In this document: positions 48,628 through 57,443 of the stretch, piece by piece
Numbering within the stretch: the stretch's first letter is position 1
Layout: each line of letters starts with the position of its first letter
Origin: Leptolyngbyales cyanobacterium
GTDB lineage: Bacteria > Cyanobacteriota > Cyanobacteriia > Leptolyngbyales > Leptolyngbyaceae
NCBI GenBank assembly: GCA_038231055.1
Contig: JBBRMC010000001.1
Span: forward strand, 1,983 to 65,982
Direction of reading: 5' to 3'
DNA length: 64,000 nt
Notes under the pieces: model-generated
What the model saw: the letters and a program-made list of their open reading frames with translations, nothing else
The model's database searches: none
What the model was told of the DNA's origin: nothing
Made by a program: the position numbers and the translations under genes

Positions 48628-48862
48628 CAGGTTTGAGACCAAGGAGTTGCTGTCTCTTGCAGTAATTGCGAAGTAGAGTGACTAAACAAGCCAAGTCAAC
48701 CTGATCGGTGCTACTGCGATCGCAAAAGATCTTTCGTGTCATCCAGCAATCGCTGCAAAATCATTCAAACCAGTTCTCGATCGCCAACCTTGAGAAATCA
48801 CTGCAATGGATGAATTGTGCTAGAGCCGGAGCAGCTCTGAGATCGCGTTAGGAAGCGCAAGT

Positions 48863-49141
48863 CTACCACCTCGGATGTTCGGGGGCAGGAGTGCGATCTC
48901 TGACATCCTTGAAGATCTCGTCGGGATCGAGGTCAATCCCTTCAGCAAGCATCTCCTCTTGAAATTTGGCTAGGGATTCCAGAAAATCTTTTCCCCGATC
49001 CGATCTCACTTCCGGCTGCGGTGGCACAACTTGGGCAACGGCTGTTCCTGCTTGCAACACGACAAAGCTTTCTCCTGCCTGAACTCGCTGTATATAGGCG
49101 GACAGATCTTCTGAGATTTCCTCGATCGTGATTTCAATCAT
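48863..49141 (-). CDS. Phd/YefM-type antitoxin, apparently orphan
   Basis: LSAYIQRVQAGESFVV...G.AVAQVVP motif; GAGGTG RBS. Confidence 0.75.
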   Translation of the reverse strand: MIEITIEEISEDLSAYIQRVQAGESFVVLQAGTAVAQVVPPQPEVRSDRGKDFLESLAKFQEEMLAEGIDLDPDEIFKDVRDRTPAPEHPRW

Positions 49142-49191
49142 GATTCACCTCGAAAAGTGTTTGTATTCTGGCTTGCTTGAAGGTTCCATCA

Positions 49192-49380
49192 TTACTTCCA
49201 TTGGTCGCAGACTTCGCGCATAGCATCGACCATGCCCCGGACGGCTGCGGTTCCGCCGAGGTGTACGAGCATGGGATGATGCAGTGTGGCGAGGTTTTGC
49301 ATGAAATCTTTGCAGGTGCGGTGGGCGAGGAAGTAGAGGGTGGCGATCCAGTCAGTGAGGTGACGACTAGCAGCTTTTGT
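49192..49380 (-). repeat. Gene-end remnant, copy B (DWIATLYFLAHRT...VHLGGTAAVRGMVDAMREVCDQWK*)
   Basis: Homologous to 47138-47213; no clear start of its own. Confidence 0.7.
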
Positions 49381-49433
49381 CTGACATGTAAAGAATTGCT
49401 TATTCTATTAATTACGCTAGTTTAGACTGTTAA

Positions 49434-50549
49434 TTAGCGCTCAACCGATTCTCTTTTTGAAAGCGCATAAAACCATTCTGAGTACGTATAATAAGTCCCG
49501 TTATCCTTGCCTCTAACCATACCAAGAAAATTAATCTTTCCTCGCAACACCTCCTTAAATGAAGGAATCTCTTTAAACGGAGGAGGTTTATGACCAGATT
49601 TATCGATATCTTGAGCATACTTGGCATGGTATTTCCGCTCCGCCGATTCCAATCCAAATTTGTCCCAGGCATATAGCATAGAGCTAATTTCACGTATAAA
49701 ACTCCGTTTCACATTAGGAAACTTATTGACAGTTAATCCTGTAACTTCCTGATGGTTACTCTTGTGCTGCAATCTGATTTTATTGTCATTGACTTCAAAG
49801 CCATTGCTTTGAATTATCAAATTTAGTCTTTCCCCCAAAACAACTTTCGATATCTCTGCACCACTCGCCAGATGTGCCAATTCGCTTGGGAAATTCAGCG
49901 AAGTTGTAGAGAAGGTTATATCATCAGCGTATCTTGTGTATGTACATTTATATTCCTTTGCTAGCTTTCGTAGTTCGCTATCCATACGCACGCAGATCAT
50001 GTTGGAAACAACTGGTGACGTTGGAGCGCCTTGCGGTAGCCTTCCCAAATGGCAGCAAATTTTAGCCAACGTCGTGGAAACTTCTATGGAGAGATTGTAA
50101 GGTGGCTTCATAAACATTCCTCGGACTCGTCCAAAGTGAATGCTATGAAAAAAGTCTTTCAAATCAATGTTTAATATGAATCTTTTGTGTACGTGCTGTT
50201 CTGCATTTGTTAAAATACTTCTAGCAGGTACGAAGCCATGAACGGTCGCTTTTGGTTCGTAGACACTATAAAGAACTTGGCTCAATTTTCTCTGTAAAAT
50301 TTTCAACGGTGTACGAGGAGCGGATATTGTTCGAGACTGTCCCGACTTTTTAGGGATTGTAAAATTTCTGTATCTCCTGTCTTCAGAAAGTTTTGAGATA
50401 TGGTACTTCAACCGACCATAAGAAACTTCTAGAAGATCAGCCACGTCTCTTGGTTCGTTGAGCGCAAGGAAAAGCTCTTTCAATTCATCACAGCTCTGAT
50501 ACAGAAGTAGCGTTGATTTGGCTTCAGAATTGTAGATGTACATCATCAA
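49434..50549 (-). CDS. Retron-type reverse transcriptase with no fused effector
   Basis: IPKKSG..R.I.AP, NAEQH (retron region X NAxxH), DLKDFF, LPQGAPTSP, YTRYADD, EVTGLTV (region Y VTG). Confidence 0.92.
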   Translation of the reverse strand: MMMYIYNSEAKSTLLLYQSCDELKELFLALNEPRDVADLLEVSYGRLKYHISKLSEDRRYRNFTIPKKSGQSRTISAPRTPLKILQRKLSQVLYSVYEPKATVHGFVPARSILTNAEQHVHKRFILNIDLKDFFHSIHFGRVRGMFMKPPYNLSIEVSTTLAKICCHLGRLPQGAPTSPVVSNMICVRMDSELRKLAKEYKCTYTRYADDITFSTTSLNFPSELAHLASGAEISKVVLGERLNLIIQSNGFEVNDNKIRLQHKSNHQEVTGLTVNKFPNVKRSFIREISSMLYAWDKFGLESAERKYHAKYAQDIDKSGHKPPPFKEIPSFKEVLRGKINFLGMVRGKDNGTYYTYSEWFYALSKRESVER

Positions 50550-50598
50550 AACTAACCAGGAATGTTTTGCAAAGAGCCGTTGAATGGTGTCTGTTCAC

Positions 50599-50757
50599 GA
50601 GAAGCAGAATATCTGTAGAGTAATATTTACGTTCTCCGCCCAAGCGGTACAAGCGGTACAAGCGCCACAAGAGCAGCACAAGGGGCTATAGTTGACTTCG
50701 GAATACACCATCGCAATTAGTCAATGGAAATTAATATCTCTACAGATATTCCGTCTC
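50599..50757 (-). ncRNA. Putative retron msr-msd ncRNA
   Basis: Perfect 14-bp inverted repeat GAATATCTGTAGAG (50607-20) / CTCTACAGATATTC (50738-51), extendable through bulges; internal TTGACT/AGTCAA stem (50692-97 / 50719-24); lies just upstream of the RT. Confidence 0.75.
50641..50687 (+). repeat. Degenerate 9-nt tandem repeat within the putative msd
   Basis: CAAGCGGTA CAAGCGGTA CAAGCGCCA CAAGAGCAG CA CAAGGGGCT; CAAG at 50641, 50650, 50659, 50668 and 50679. Confidence 0.85.
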
Positions 50758-50781
50758 AAATGATAACCTAAGACGTAAGTA

Positions 50782-52521
50782 TTATTGCTTTTTAGCGTAG
50801 ATTCTCTTGTACATTTGCTTCTTATCGTGGTTAGCAACACGGTAGTTGGGCTGTAAGCACAGTGACGTTTGGTATAGCAGTATACTTTCGTAAAAGTGTT
50901 CCGGCTTGCCCAAGGCATTGCCATATTCCCTACAGATTACGTAATCGTCTGGCGAAGATGGCAGAAGCGAGAGAGCATTTTTATAGGAATCTCCAGCTTC
51001 CTTATCCTCTCCAGCTTTGATATGTTCTCTAGCCTTCTTCCACCAAATTTTGTAATCTCCGTTTAGCTCGATGGCTTTGTCATAAGCAGCAATTGCTTTC
51101 TCATGATCTCCTAACTGCCCTAATGCATCTCCTTGTTGAACTCGAATGCTAGGGTCGCCTGGATCGAGCGAAGATGCTTTTTCATACGCATCATTTGCTT
51201 CGTCTATACGACCTAATTCCTTCAATAAATCAGCTTTTTTCCTCCAGAGTTGTATGCTACTTGAATCCCGCTCTAACTGATTAATACAAGCATCTAGCTC
51301 TCTTTCTAAGTCTCTACGTTTTGCCTCATCGTTTTTGGTGAAGAGTCGCGGCAGAGTAGATTTGTCAGAGCAACCGTGTCTCTGAATAAGGTTGCAACCA
51401 GAATGGTAGGAATCCTCTATTTCTCCACCCGAAGCTAGATGATAATAGAACGCATTTAGAAACTGAATAGCATGAGTTTCTTCAAGGTCGGCAGTGATAC
51501 CAATCGCGAATTTAATATGCTGAACGATTTCTCTAATTTGATCTTCTGAACAGCATCCACTCAGAACGATGCAATCTGCTGCCTTCGCATGTAGTTCAAA
51601 CAGTCTAGTTATCAATTCCTTCTGACTCTCATCAATACTCTGACTATGACTTTCCAGCACTAGCCCCTCCACCCCATCTGCACGTCCAGAGATGTGAATA
51701 ATGTAAGGTTCGTGTCTTTTTAACTCCTTAGCTAAATCGGATGAGTTTGCGTAAGGTCTTTCTTGTACTTCAAACCTCTCATCTTTATTAGCATTATTTG
51801 GATTAGCATCATTTACCGCGTTTCCTATGGTCGCGAGTTCTTGCCTCCATCGTGGTTCCTTAAAACTTTCACCGCTGGCTGGCAACATCAAGATTGTCTT
51901 TTTAGAAGTGTCAGCCCTACGTTCAGGTGGGTGTATATGTATTACTTGCTTGTCACCGACGATGGTTGGTGCTTGTGCGTCATTGATCTGGGTTCCATGT
52001 CCATTGGCTGCTATGTGCTGTTGATTTTTAAGCGGGGGACACTCATGTATAGAAGATTCAGGAATTGCTTCTGAGGCAGATCTTTGGCTGACCTCCGGGG
52101 TAGGCTTGGGCTTAGATCTGGGCGATCGCTTACTTTCCCAAAGCTTGTCAAACTCATTCAGATTGCGCTGAATATCTCGACTCCAAAGCGCAAGCGTAAA
52201 CTTCCACTGCGCCTCACCCTTCGTTTTCACGCGATGGTCTTGCATAATTCCTAGAAAATCTCGCATCGCCTCCAATGCTTCTCGCACATTCGCAGTCGTC
52301 ACAGTTGCTTGTCCGTCTTGATTGGTGACGTGTATCAAAGTTTGCAGCGTCGTCTCGATCGTCACCTTCTGTCTTCCTGCTGCTTCATCCTGCCAGCGAA
52401 ACTGCAACTTTTTTGAATCACTAACCTCTCCTACTTTTGTCGCCTCCAAAATCCCCTTCAACACTCGGCAGACGCGAGCGTGCACAATCGGACCATAGGA
52501 TTTCTTTTGAGAGCTGGGCAT
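50782..52521 (-). CDS. N-terminal HTH-like domain + amyloid-like linker + CHAT (caspase-like, His to Arg) + TPR protein
   Basis: KKTILML, EPYIIHISGRA (canonical HFSGHG), CIVLSGCCS, AIQF..AFY..LASG; C-terminal TPRs; the N-terminus resembles domains found on cyanobacterial STAND proteins. Confidence 0.75.
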   Translation of the reverse strand: MPSSQKKSYGPIVHARVCRVLKGILEATKVGEVSDSKKLQFRWQDEAAGRQKVTIETTLQTLIHVTNQDGQATVTTANVREALEAMRDFLGIMQDHRVKTKGEAQWKFTLALWSRDIQRNLNEFDKLWESKRSPRSKPKPTPEVSQRSASEAIPESSIHECPPLKNQQHIAANGHGTQINDAQAPTIVGDKQVIHIHPPERRADTSKKTILMLPASGESFKEPRWRQELATIGNAVNDANPNNANKDERFEVQERPYANSSDLAKELKRHEPYIIHISGRADGVEGLVLESHSQSIDESQKELITRLFELHAKAADCIVLSGCCSEDQIREIVQHIKFAIGITADLEETHAIQFLNAFYYHLASGGEIEDSYHSGCNLIQRHGCSDKSTLPRLFTKNDEAKRRDLERELDACINQLERDSSSIQLWRKKADLLKELGRIDEANDAYEKASSLDPGDPSIRVQQGDALGQLGDHEKAIAAYDKAIELNGDYKIWWKKAREHIKAGEDKEAGDSYKNALSLLPSSPDDYVICREYGNALGKPEHFYESILLYQTSLCLQPNYRVANHDKKQMYKRIYAKKQ

Positions 52522-52548
52522 AGCTGGATCAGTCTACGAATATCAAAA

Positions 52549-52667
52549 AGTTTGGGGGAAGTTTGGGGGATTGCAAACAAATTTCCCTCTCCCAATGTAA
52601 CCAATCCTACTCAGCTCAGGCGATTCCGAGAATAAACTTCTGCTCTTGCCTTGGGAGATCCCCCAAA
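52549..52667. promoter_or_regulatory. Candidate operator repeats
   Basis: AGTTTGGGGGA tandem at 52549-59 and 52560-70; inverted TCCCCCAAA at 52659-67. Confidence 0.5.
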
Positions 52668-52709
52668 TCTTTTACTGGATTCATCAACCCAATACGCGGC
52701 AACTCAATC

Positions 52710-52931
52710 ATGATGAATCTTCAATCCACCCAACCCATTCAATCGATCGAGCCTCAACTTCCCACGACTTTGCCCCAGATTCCGATCGACCCAACAAATC
52801 CGCTCTCTTGGGTGCTCGTCTTGACTCTATTTCTCGGCACTACCGAAAAGCCCATCAACGCCACCGCAAGTCTGATTCGTGCGATCGCTACTCTCACTAA
52901 CACACTAACCAAAAACAAGCGATCGAGATGA
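52710..52931 (+). CDS. Small membrane-associated peptide (73 aa)
   Basis: ATG 52710; P/Q-rich N-terminus, hydrophobic LSWVLVLTLFLG, amphipathic helix and basic tail. Confidence 0.55.
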   Translation: MMNLQSTQPIQSIEPQLPTTLPQIPIDPTNPLSWVLVLTLFLGTTEKPINATASLIRAIATLTNTLTKNKRSR

Positions 52932-52981
52932 AGTCGGTGCGATCTCGCTCTGCCAATAGAAATGATTCAAACCAGCGATTT

Positions 52982-53446
52982 CTACAGACAATCAAAGGGT
53001 TTTATCGGATTCGTGGGTAAGCAGGCGAGGGCTTCTCCTCGCTCAAGTTTTGAGATTGCCCGACGACTGATTTCGCCAGCTTCAAAATCCTGCTGTTGTT
53101 CCTGATAGAGCGATCGGGCTTTTCGATAATCTTGCAGAGCAGACTGAACTGAACCCTGTCGTTTCAGTGTCCAACTCGCTCGAATCACGTAAGCTCGTGC
53201 TAATTTTGGATCAAGGTCGATCGCTTGCTGGACATCATTCAGTGCCCCATCGCACGTTAGCCCCGCCTGACAGGATTCAGCACGATTCACATATTCCTCT
53301 GGAGTAGGCTTCTGTTCTCGGTTCCCCATTGGTGTAGCCGAAAAGATTGTAACCAAAATCCCAACGATCAATAGCGGAAAGGGATTTCTCGCCATCTCTC
53401 TTGCAGCCTGTGCCGCGTGCCATTGCTCAAACTCCCAGCGTGCCAT
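52982..53446 (-). CDS. Membrane-anchored TPR protein
   Basis: GGAGGG RBS, TM segment, ALNDVQQAIDLDPKLARAY TPR. Confidence 0.7.
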   Translation of the reverse strand: MARWEFEQWHAAQAAREMARNPFPLLIVGILVTIFSATPMGNREQKPTPEEYVNRAESCQAGLTCDGALNDVQQAIDLDPKLARAYVIRASWTLKRQGSVQSALQDYRKARSLYQEQQQDFEAGEISRRAISKLERGEALACLPTNPIKPFDCL

Positions 53447-53475
53447 CGGAAATCCCTCCGTTCACTGCTTCAGTG

Positions 53476-55155
53476 CTACTCTAGCTCAACTCGTTTGGGC
53501 TGCCATCGGGATGGTTGTGAAACTTGACGCAGTTTTGGTTGCTGGGACGTGGGTTGAATGGGGACAGGTTGCTTTGTCGGGCTTTGAGTTTGGTCTGCTT
53601 CGATCCTGACTCTCAATCTGTCTCGAATGTGGTCGATGTGTTCCAGGTCTTTCCAAGTGAGTCGAGTCGGCTGCGGAACCAATTTCTCTCGGTTGTTTTT
53701 CTGCATGACTTTCGCGGCTCCATGAATCTGTCCGCGTCCATCCTGTTTTGAGGTGATTAGCACTTGGTTATTCACCATTTCGAGTCGAAATTTGCCTCGA
53801 TCGTAGTCCCACACCGAAGTCTTCATGTATGCTAAAAAATCTCGAATCGTTTGTTCTGCTTCACCCACCCGGAAGGCGAAATCCGCTTCAGGTCGTCCTT
53901 GCGGCACATTGGAAGAAAGCTGAACGATCGCGTTGTGGATGAAAGGTTGGGTGGTGCGATCGCCTGAAACGTCTCGAAGCGAATTGCCAATGGATATCGG
54001 CTTAACTCTGCCGGATACCGTTTGAAATTGCATCACGGCACCTGCCCGATCGGTGATCAAGAACTGCTCTTTTAATTGCCGACTGACGGTAAATTCCCCA
54101 ACTCGATAGGATTCCTCGGCGGTGCGATCGTAGCCTCGTTGAAAGGCTTGCAGTGCCGTATGCGCGATCGTCTTGAGCTGCCAATCATATAACGCCTGAT
54201 TGAGCCAGGTTGCCGTTCCTTGAACCATTCGCTGAAAGAACTTCTGAAGTTGTTGATTTGGAAGTTGTGCGATTTGTCGGTCTGCCACTCTAGCGATTTC
54301 AGAAGATAATGTGTTTTGTGATCTTGAAACTACTTCTGGTGTTCGCAGACCTGATCGATCCTGAATATCTTCTGCTTGTTGCTTACGTTCCGATGGCTGA
54401 ATAGCGGACGTTCTCAGCATTCGTTCACCCAACGATCGGAAGACTTCTGAATCTGCCACCGTCACCCCTAAGTTCTCAAGTTGCCCAGCGTGATCTCGCA
54501 CAATCGCTTGCTGTCCTTTAGAAATCGTCAACGCATCAGTGTCTACGTCATGCTCCAAGGTGAAATCGCCGAATCCCGCCTTCGTCAGCAATGGAGACTC
54601 TAATTCGCCCAGGGGATTCATGAGCTGTCGAGCAACGTGAGCGATCTGCTGCACTTGTTCTGAGGACGGCAACGGTTGATCTGAGGCTTCAGGCGACCCT
54701 ACTTGTGGGGGTGAGGGTTGTAATTGAGTTGGCGCATTCTGAATCTGTTGCTGGATCTGATTGACCGTAACAACGCCATCCCGTTCCTGACGAAATAGGG
54801 TTACATCGTCGATTTTGATCTCGATCGCGGGGTTCCGTCTAGCGTATTGAGCCAGATCAGCCCCTTCCATCACGGGTTCTTGAAGGGCATTGAGGAGCGA
54901 TCTCAGTCGTTCGGGCGTGAGGTCATTGCGATTTTTACCATTTGCCATTGGACCGTAAACTTGGCGTAAGATGCGATTGTCTCTTCCATTCCCCATCCAA
55001 ATCCGCAGCACCCCTTCTGGTTGAGGCGGTTGCTGGCTCCGAGCCGCAAGCCATTGCATCGTATCCTGTAGCGTCTGTTGCAGAATGATGAACAGTTGAT
55101 CCACCTGGCGTTGAGCCGCATCTGCATCACTCGGACTCACTGTTGAATGAATCAT
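53476..55155 (-). CDS. Hypothetical plasmid protein
   Basis: Long ORF in the transfer operon; basic C-terminal tail ending VELE. Confidence 0.6.
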   Translation of the reverse strand: MIHSTVSPSDADAAQRQVDQLFIILQQTLQDTMQWLAARSQQPPQPEGVLRIWMGNGRDNRILRQVYGPMANGKNRNDLTPERLRSLLNALQEPVMEGADLAQYARRNPAIEIKIDDVTLFRQERDGVVTVNQIQQQIQNAPTQLQPSPPQVGSPEASDQPLPSSEQVQQIAHVARQLMNPLGELESPLLTKAGFGDFTLEHDVDTDALTISKGQQAIVRDHAGQLENLGVTVADSEVFRSLGERMLRTSAIQPSERKQQAEDIQDRSGLRTPEVVSRSQNTLSSEIARVADRQIAQLPNQQLQKFFQRMVQGTATWLNQALYDWQLKTIAHTALQAFQRGYDRTAEESYRVGEFTVSRQLKEQFLITDRAGAVMQFQTVSGRVKPISIGNSLRDVSGDRTTQPFIHNAIVQLSSNVPQGRPEADFAFRVGEAEQTIRDFLAYMKTSVWDYDRGKFRLEMVNNQVLITSKQDGRGQIHGAAKVMQKNNREKLVPQPTRLTWKDLEHIDHIRDRLRVRIEADQTQSPTKQPVPIQPTSQQPKLRQVSQPSRWQPKRVELE

Positions 55156-55156
55156 T

Positions 55157-55594
55157 TTAGACCTCTGGCATGAGCCAATCTAAACGGTTTGCATACTCCA
55201 AGATCGCAGTGACGCGATTCACGATGATTTCTCCCTGCACATGAAATAGTGCCGTCTCATCGTCAAAGCTGTACTCTACGAACGGCGGCTCGTAGTCTGG
55301 GGAGCATTGACGCTCATAGGCTGGCAGCGAATGACCCAATTCCCAACGACGATACGGAAGGTCGTCGAATAATTCTTCAATAACGGCGGGCACATAGCCT
55401 GGTGGAAACGGAGGGCGCGATCGCACTTCTTCCAGATGCACTACGAGTTCGGGTTCGTGAATGAGGACAGCGATCGTAGCCTCAGATAGTCCCCAAGTTC
55501 TCAACAAAGATTCAGTTTGTTTGGGCGTGAGCAAAATTTGTGACATACAGTTACGATTCCAGATGGAACGGTTAGACAAACTCTTTGAGATCAT
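55157..55594 (-). CDS. Hypothetical protein
   Basis: Operonic ORF downstream of virD4; start may be the internal MSQILL. Confidence 0.55.
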   Translation of the reverse strand: MISKSLSNRSIWNRNCMSQILLTPKQTESLLRTWGLSEATIAVLIHEPELVVHLEEVRSRPPFPPGYVPAVIEELFDDLPYRRWELGHSLPAYERQCSPDYEPPFVEYSFDDETALFHVQGEIIVNRVTAILEYANRLDWLMPEV

Positions 55595-57443
55595 CGGTGA
55601 TTATGGGAGGAGAAATGTTAATCGGTGCGGGAACTTCAACATGCGGGGGATTGGCTCTTGAATCAAAAATAGGTTCTGGCGAAGTATCCGTATCAAACTC
55701 ATCTTCTGTCTCCTTAAACGGCAACGGAAATAGTCTCTCTGCTAAGGCTCGACGAATCTGTAGCGCTTCACGCAGGGCTTGATGGTCTTGAACGCGACCA
55801 GAGGTTCGTTTCTCTAATCGTTGTTGTACGAGCTTCCAAAGTTCCTCACTTCTTCGTTGGGTCGCATCGTCCTGTTTTGGAAGTTTGATTTTGGTTCGCA
55901 GTGGAACGGAGGCTTCTCCAGATCCTTTGTAGCCAGGATTGATCACAACACACTCGCCCTGATCAAACTTGAGGAGTTGTTCAACCGTCAGCAACGGGCG
56001 TTTGTGGTACTGTTCAGATTGACTCGAACTACCGTTGCGTCCATAGCTGCGCGATCGTGTTTTTAACAAAACTTCTTCCTCACCCAGATAGTGAGACACC
56101 ATTCGCGCCGTTTCTTCATCTCTGGGGTTGAAAAACACCTTCGTTCCACACCCCGCAAACAACGCTTTTGAGGCATCACGTCCATAAATCTCCTGAATTT
56201 GGGCAAAGTTTTGATAGCCAATCAGCGGAACAAACCCAAAGGAGCGAAACGCATTCACCCACTTGGGCAGATCGGGAAGATAAACAGTCCGAACTTCATC
56301 GAGGGAAACTAATAACGGTTTCTTCCGAACGCCTGAGAAATTGTGCATGATTACTAGATGCAACACTGCGGCGATCAGAGGTGCGACGACATCCTGCTTC
56401 TGTAAATCCACTTGTAGAAACAGCATTTGCTTGCCTTGCATATCGAGCGAGATGCTGGATTTGCCCAGAAAGCTAGGAAGCAAATCACGACGGACGAAAG
56501 ACCCGATCGCGCGTTCAGCCGTGGCTAAAATTCCAGCCACCGTTTTCTCAGACTCCGCCGACTGTAACAACTGCTGGAAGCTTGCCTCGACAAACTCATC
56601 TAATCGCCCTTGCTCTTTGGCAAATTGCAGTCGTGCTTCTAACTTTGACAACCCAAGAATCGAATACGCCATCACCATATCGAGATAAGGGGTACTCTTT
56701 GCCAGCAGAAAACACCCTTCCACAAGTTTTTCACCTGCTTCTGCAAAAAATGGATCTTCTTTCCCACCAGAGAAGCGTTGCGCGTTGCGATTGATCGTGA
56801 TCGCTAACTGTCGTGCCATCAACGAATCGCCATCATCTCTGAGAAAATCCAGTGGATTGATCACACTGCTGTAGGCATAACCTGGAGCAAATACAGCTAC
56901 CTCATAGCCTTGAGAAGCGGCGTAAGCTGCATGAGTTTTAAGCTGATCGCCCTTGTAATCGTAAATGACACAGGGAATCCCTTGATGAACGGCAGCGCGA
57001 ATACACGGATCAATAACGCTGTAAGTTTTACCAGAATTTGGCGCACCGCAAACAATGATGCCTTGTTGAGCATGAGCAAGATGCAGGGTGGGTGGCGAGT
57101 CTAAGAGTAGTGTTCTGATTTCTGCCCAGAGTCGTTTTAACCTGGGTGCTTCGATGCGTAGTTCTCTCGGTGTTCCTGCCCAGAGCGTTACTTGATTATG
57201 CGCCTGCTCTCGAATCTGTCGATTTGCTAGACGGACGGCTGACCATTTCTCCCAGCGTCCGCCAAATCGCCCTTGTGCCAGCTTGCCTTTCTTTTGACCA
57301 TCAAATATCGACATGAAAACCAGAAACGCCACACACACCAGCAGCATCAACCCCAATTCAGATTTGAGTAGCCTGATCGTGCTATTGCTCAAGTCTTGAA
57401 GTGGATGGGAAACGGGTTGAACGGTCTGGAAAGATTTGCTCAT
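55572..57443 (-). CDS. virD4: Type IV coupling protein VirD4/TraG
   Basis: N-terminal TM segment, GAPNSGKT, YDYKG, INPLD, SLDEV and GYQNFAQI motifs; start likely ATG 57443. Confidence 0.9.
   Translation of the reverse strand: MSKSFQTVQPVSHPLQDLSNSTIRLLKSELGLMLLVCVAFLVFMSIFDGQKKGKLAQGRFGGRWEKWSAVRLANRQIREQAHNQVTLWAGTPRELRIEAPRLKRLWAEIRTLLLDSPPTLHLAHAQQGIIVCGAPNSGKTYSVIDPCIRAAVHQGIPCVIYDYKGDQLKTHAAYAASQGYEVAVFAPGYAYSSVINPLDFLRDDGDSLMARQLAITINRNAQRFSGGKEDPFFAEAGEKLVEGCFLLAKSTPYLDMVMAYSILGLSKLEARLQFAKEQGRLDEFVEASFQQLLQSAESEKTVAGILATAERAIGSFVRRDLLPSFLGKSSISLDMQGKQMLFLQVDLQKQDVVAPLIAAVLHLVIMHNFSGVRKKPLLVSLDEVRTVYLPDLPKWVNAFRSFGFVPLIGYQNFAQIQEIYGRDASKALFAGCGTKVFFNPRDEETARMVSHYLGEEEVLLKTRSRSYGRNGSSSQSEQYHKRPLLTVEQLLKFDQGECVVINPGYKGSGEASVPLRTKIKLPKQDDATQRRSEELWKLVQQRLEKRTSGRVQDHQALREALQIRRALAERLFPLPFKETEDEFDTDTSPEPIFDSRANPPHVEVPAPINISPPIITDDLKEFV

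Noticed and set aside
48636-48862. 5' half of the PIN toxin split off by ISL3
   Set aside because: No PIN N-terminal motif was found on this side of the IS, so the PIN truncation appears independent of the insertion
49434-50549. RT as a group II intron, DGR or CRISPR-associated RT
   Set aside because: It has retron-specific NAxxH and VTG motifs; no maturase or HNH extension, TR/VR pair, avd or cas1 gene was seen
50641-50687. 9-nt repeats as a CRISPR array or iterons
   Set aside because: The units are too short, have no spacers, and no cas or rep gene is nearby
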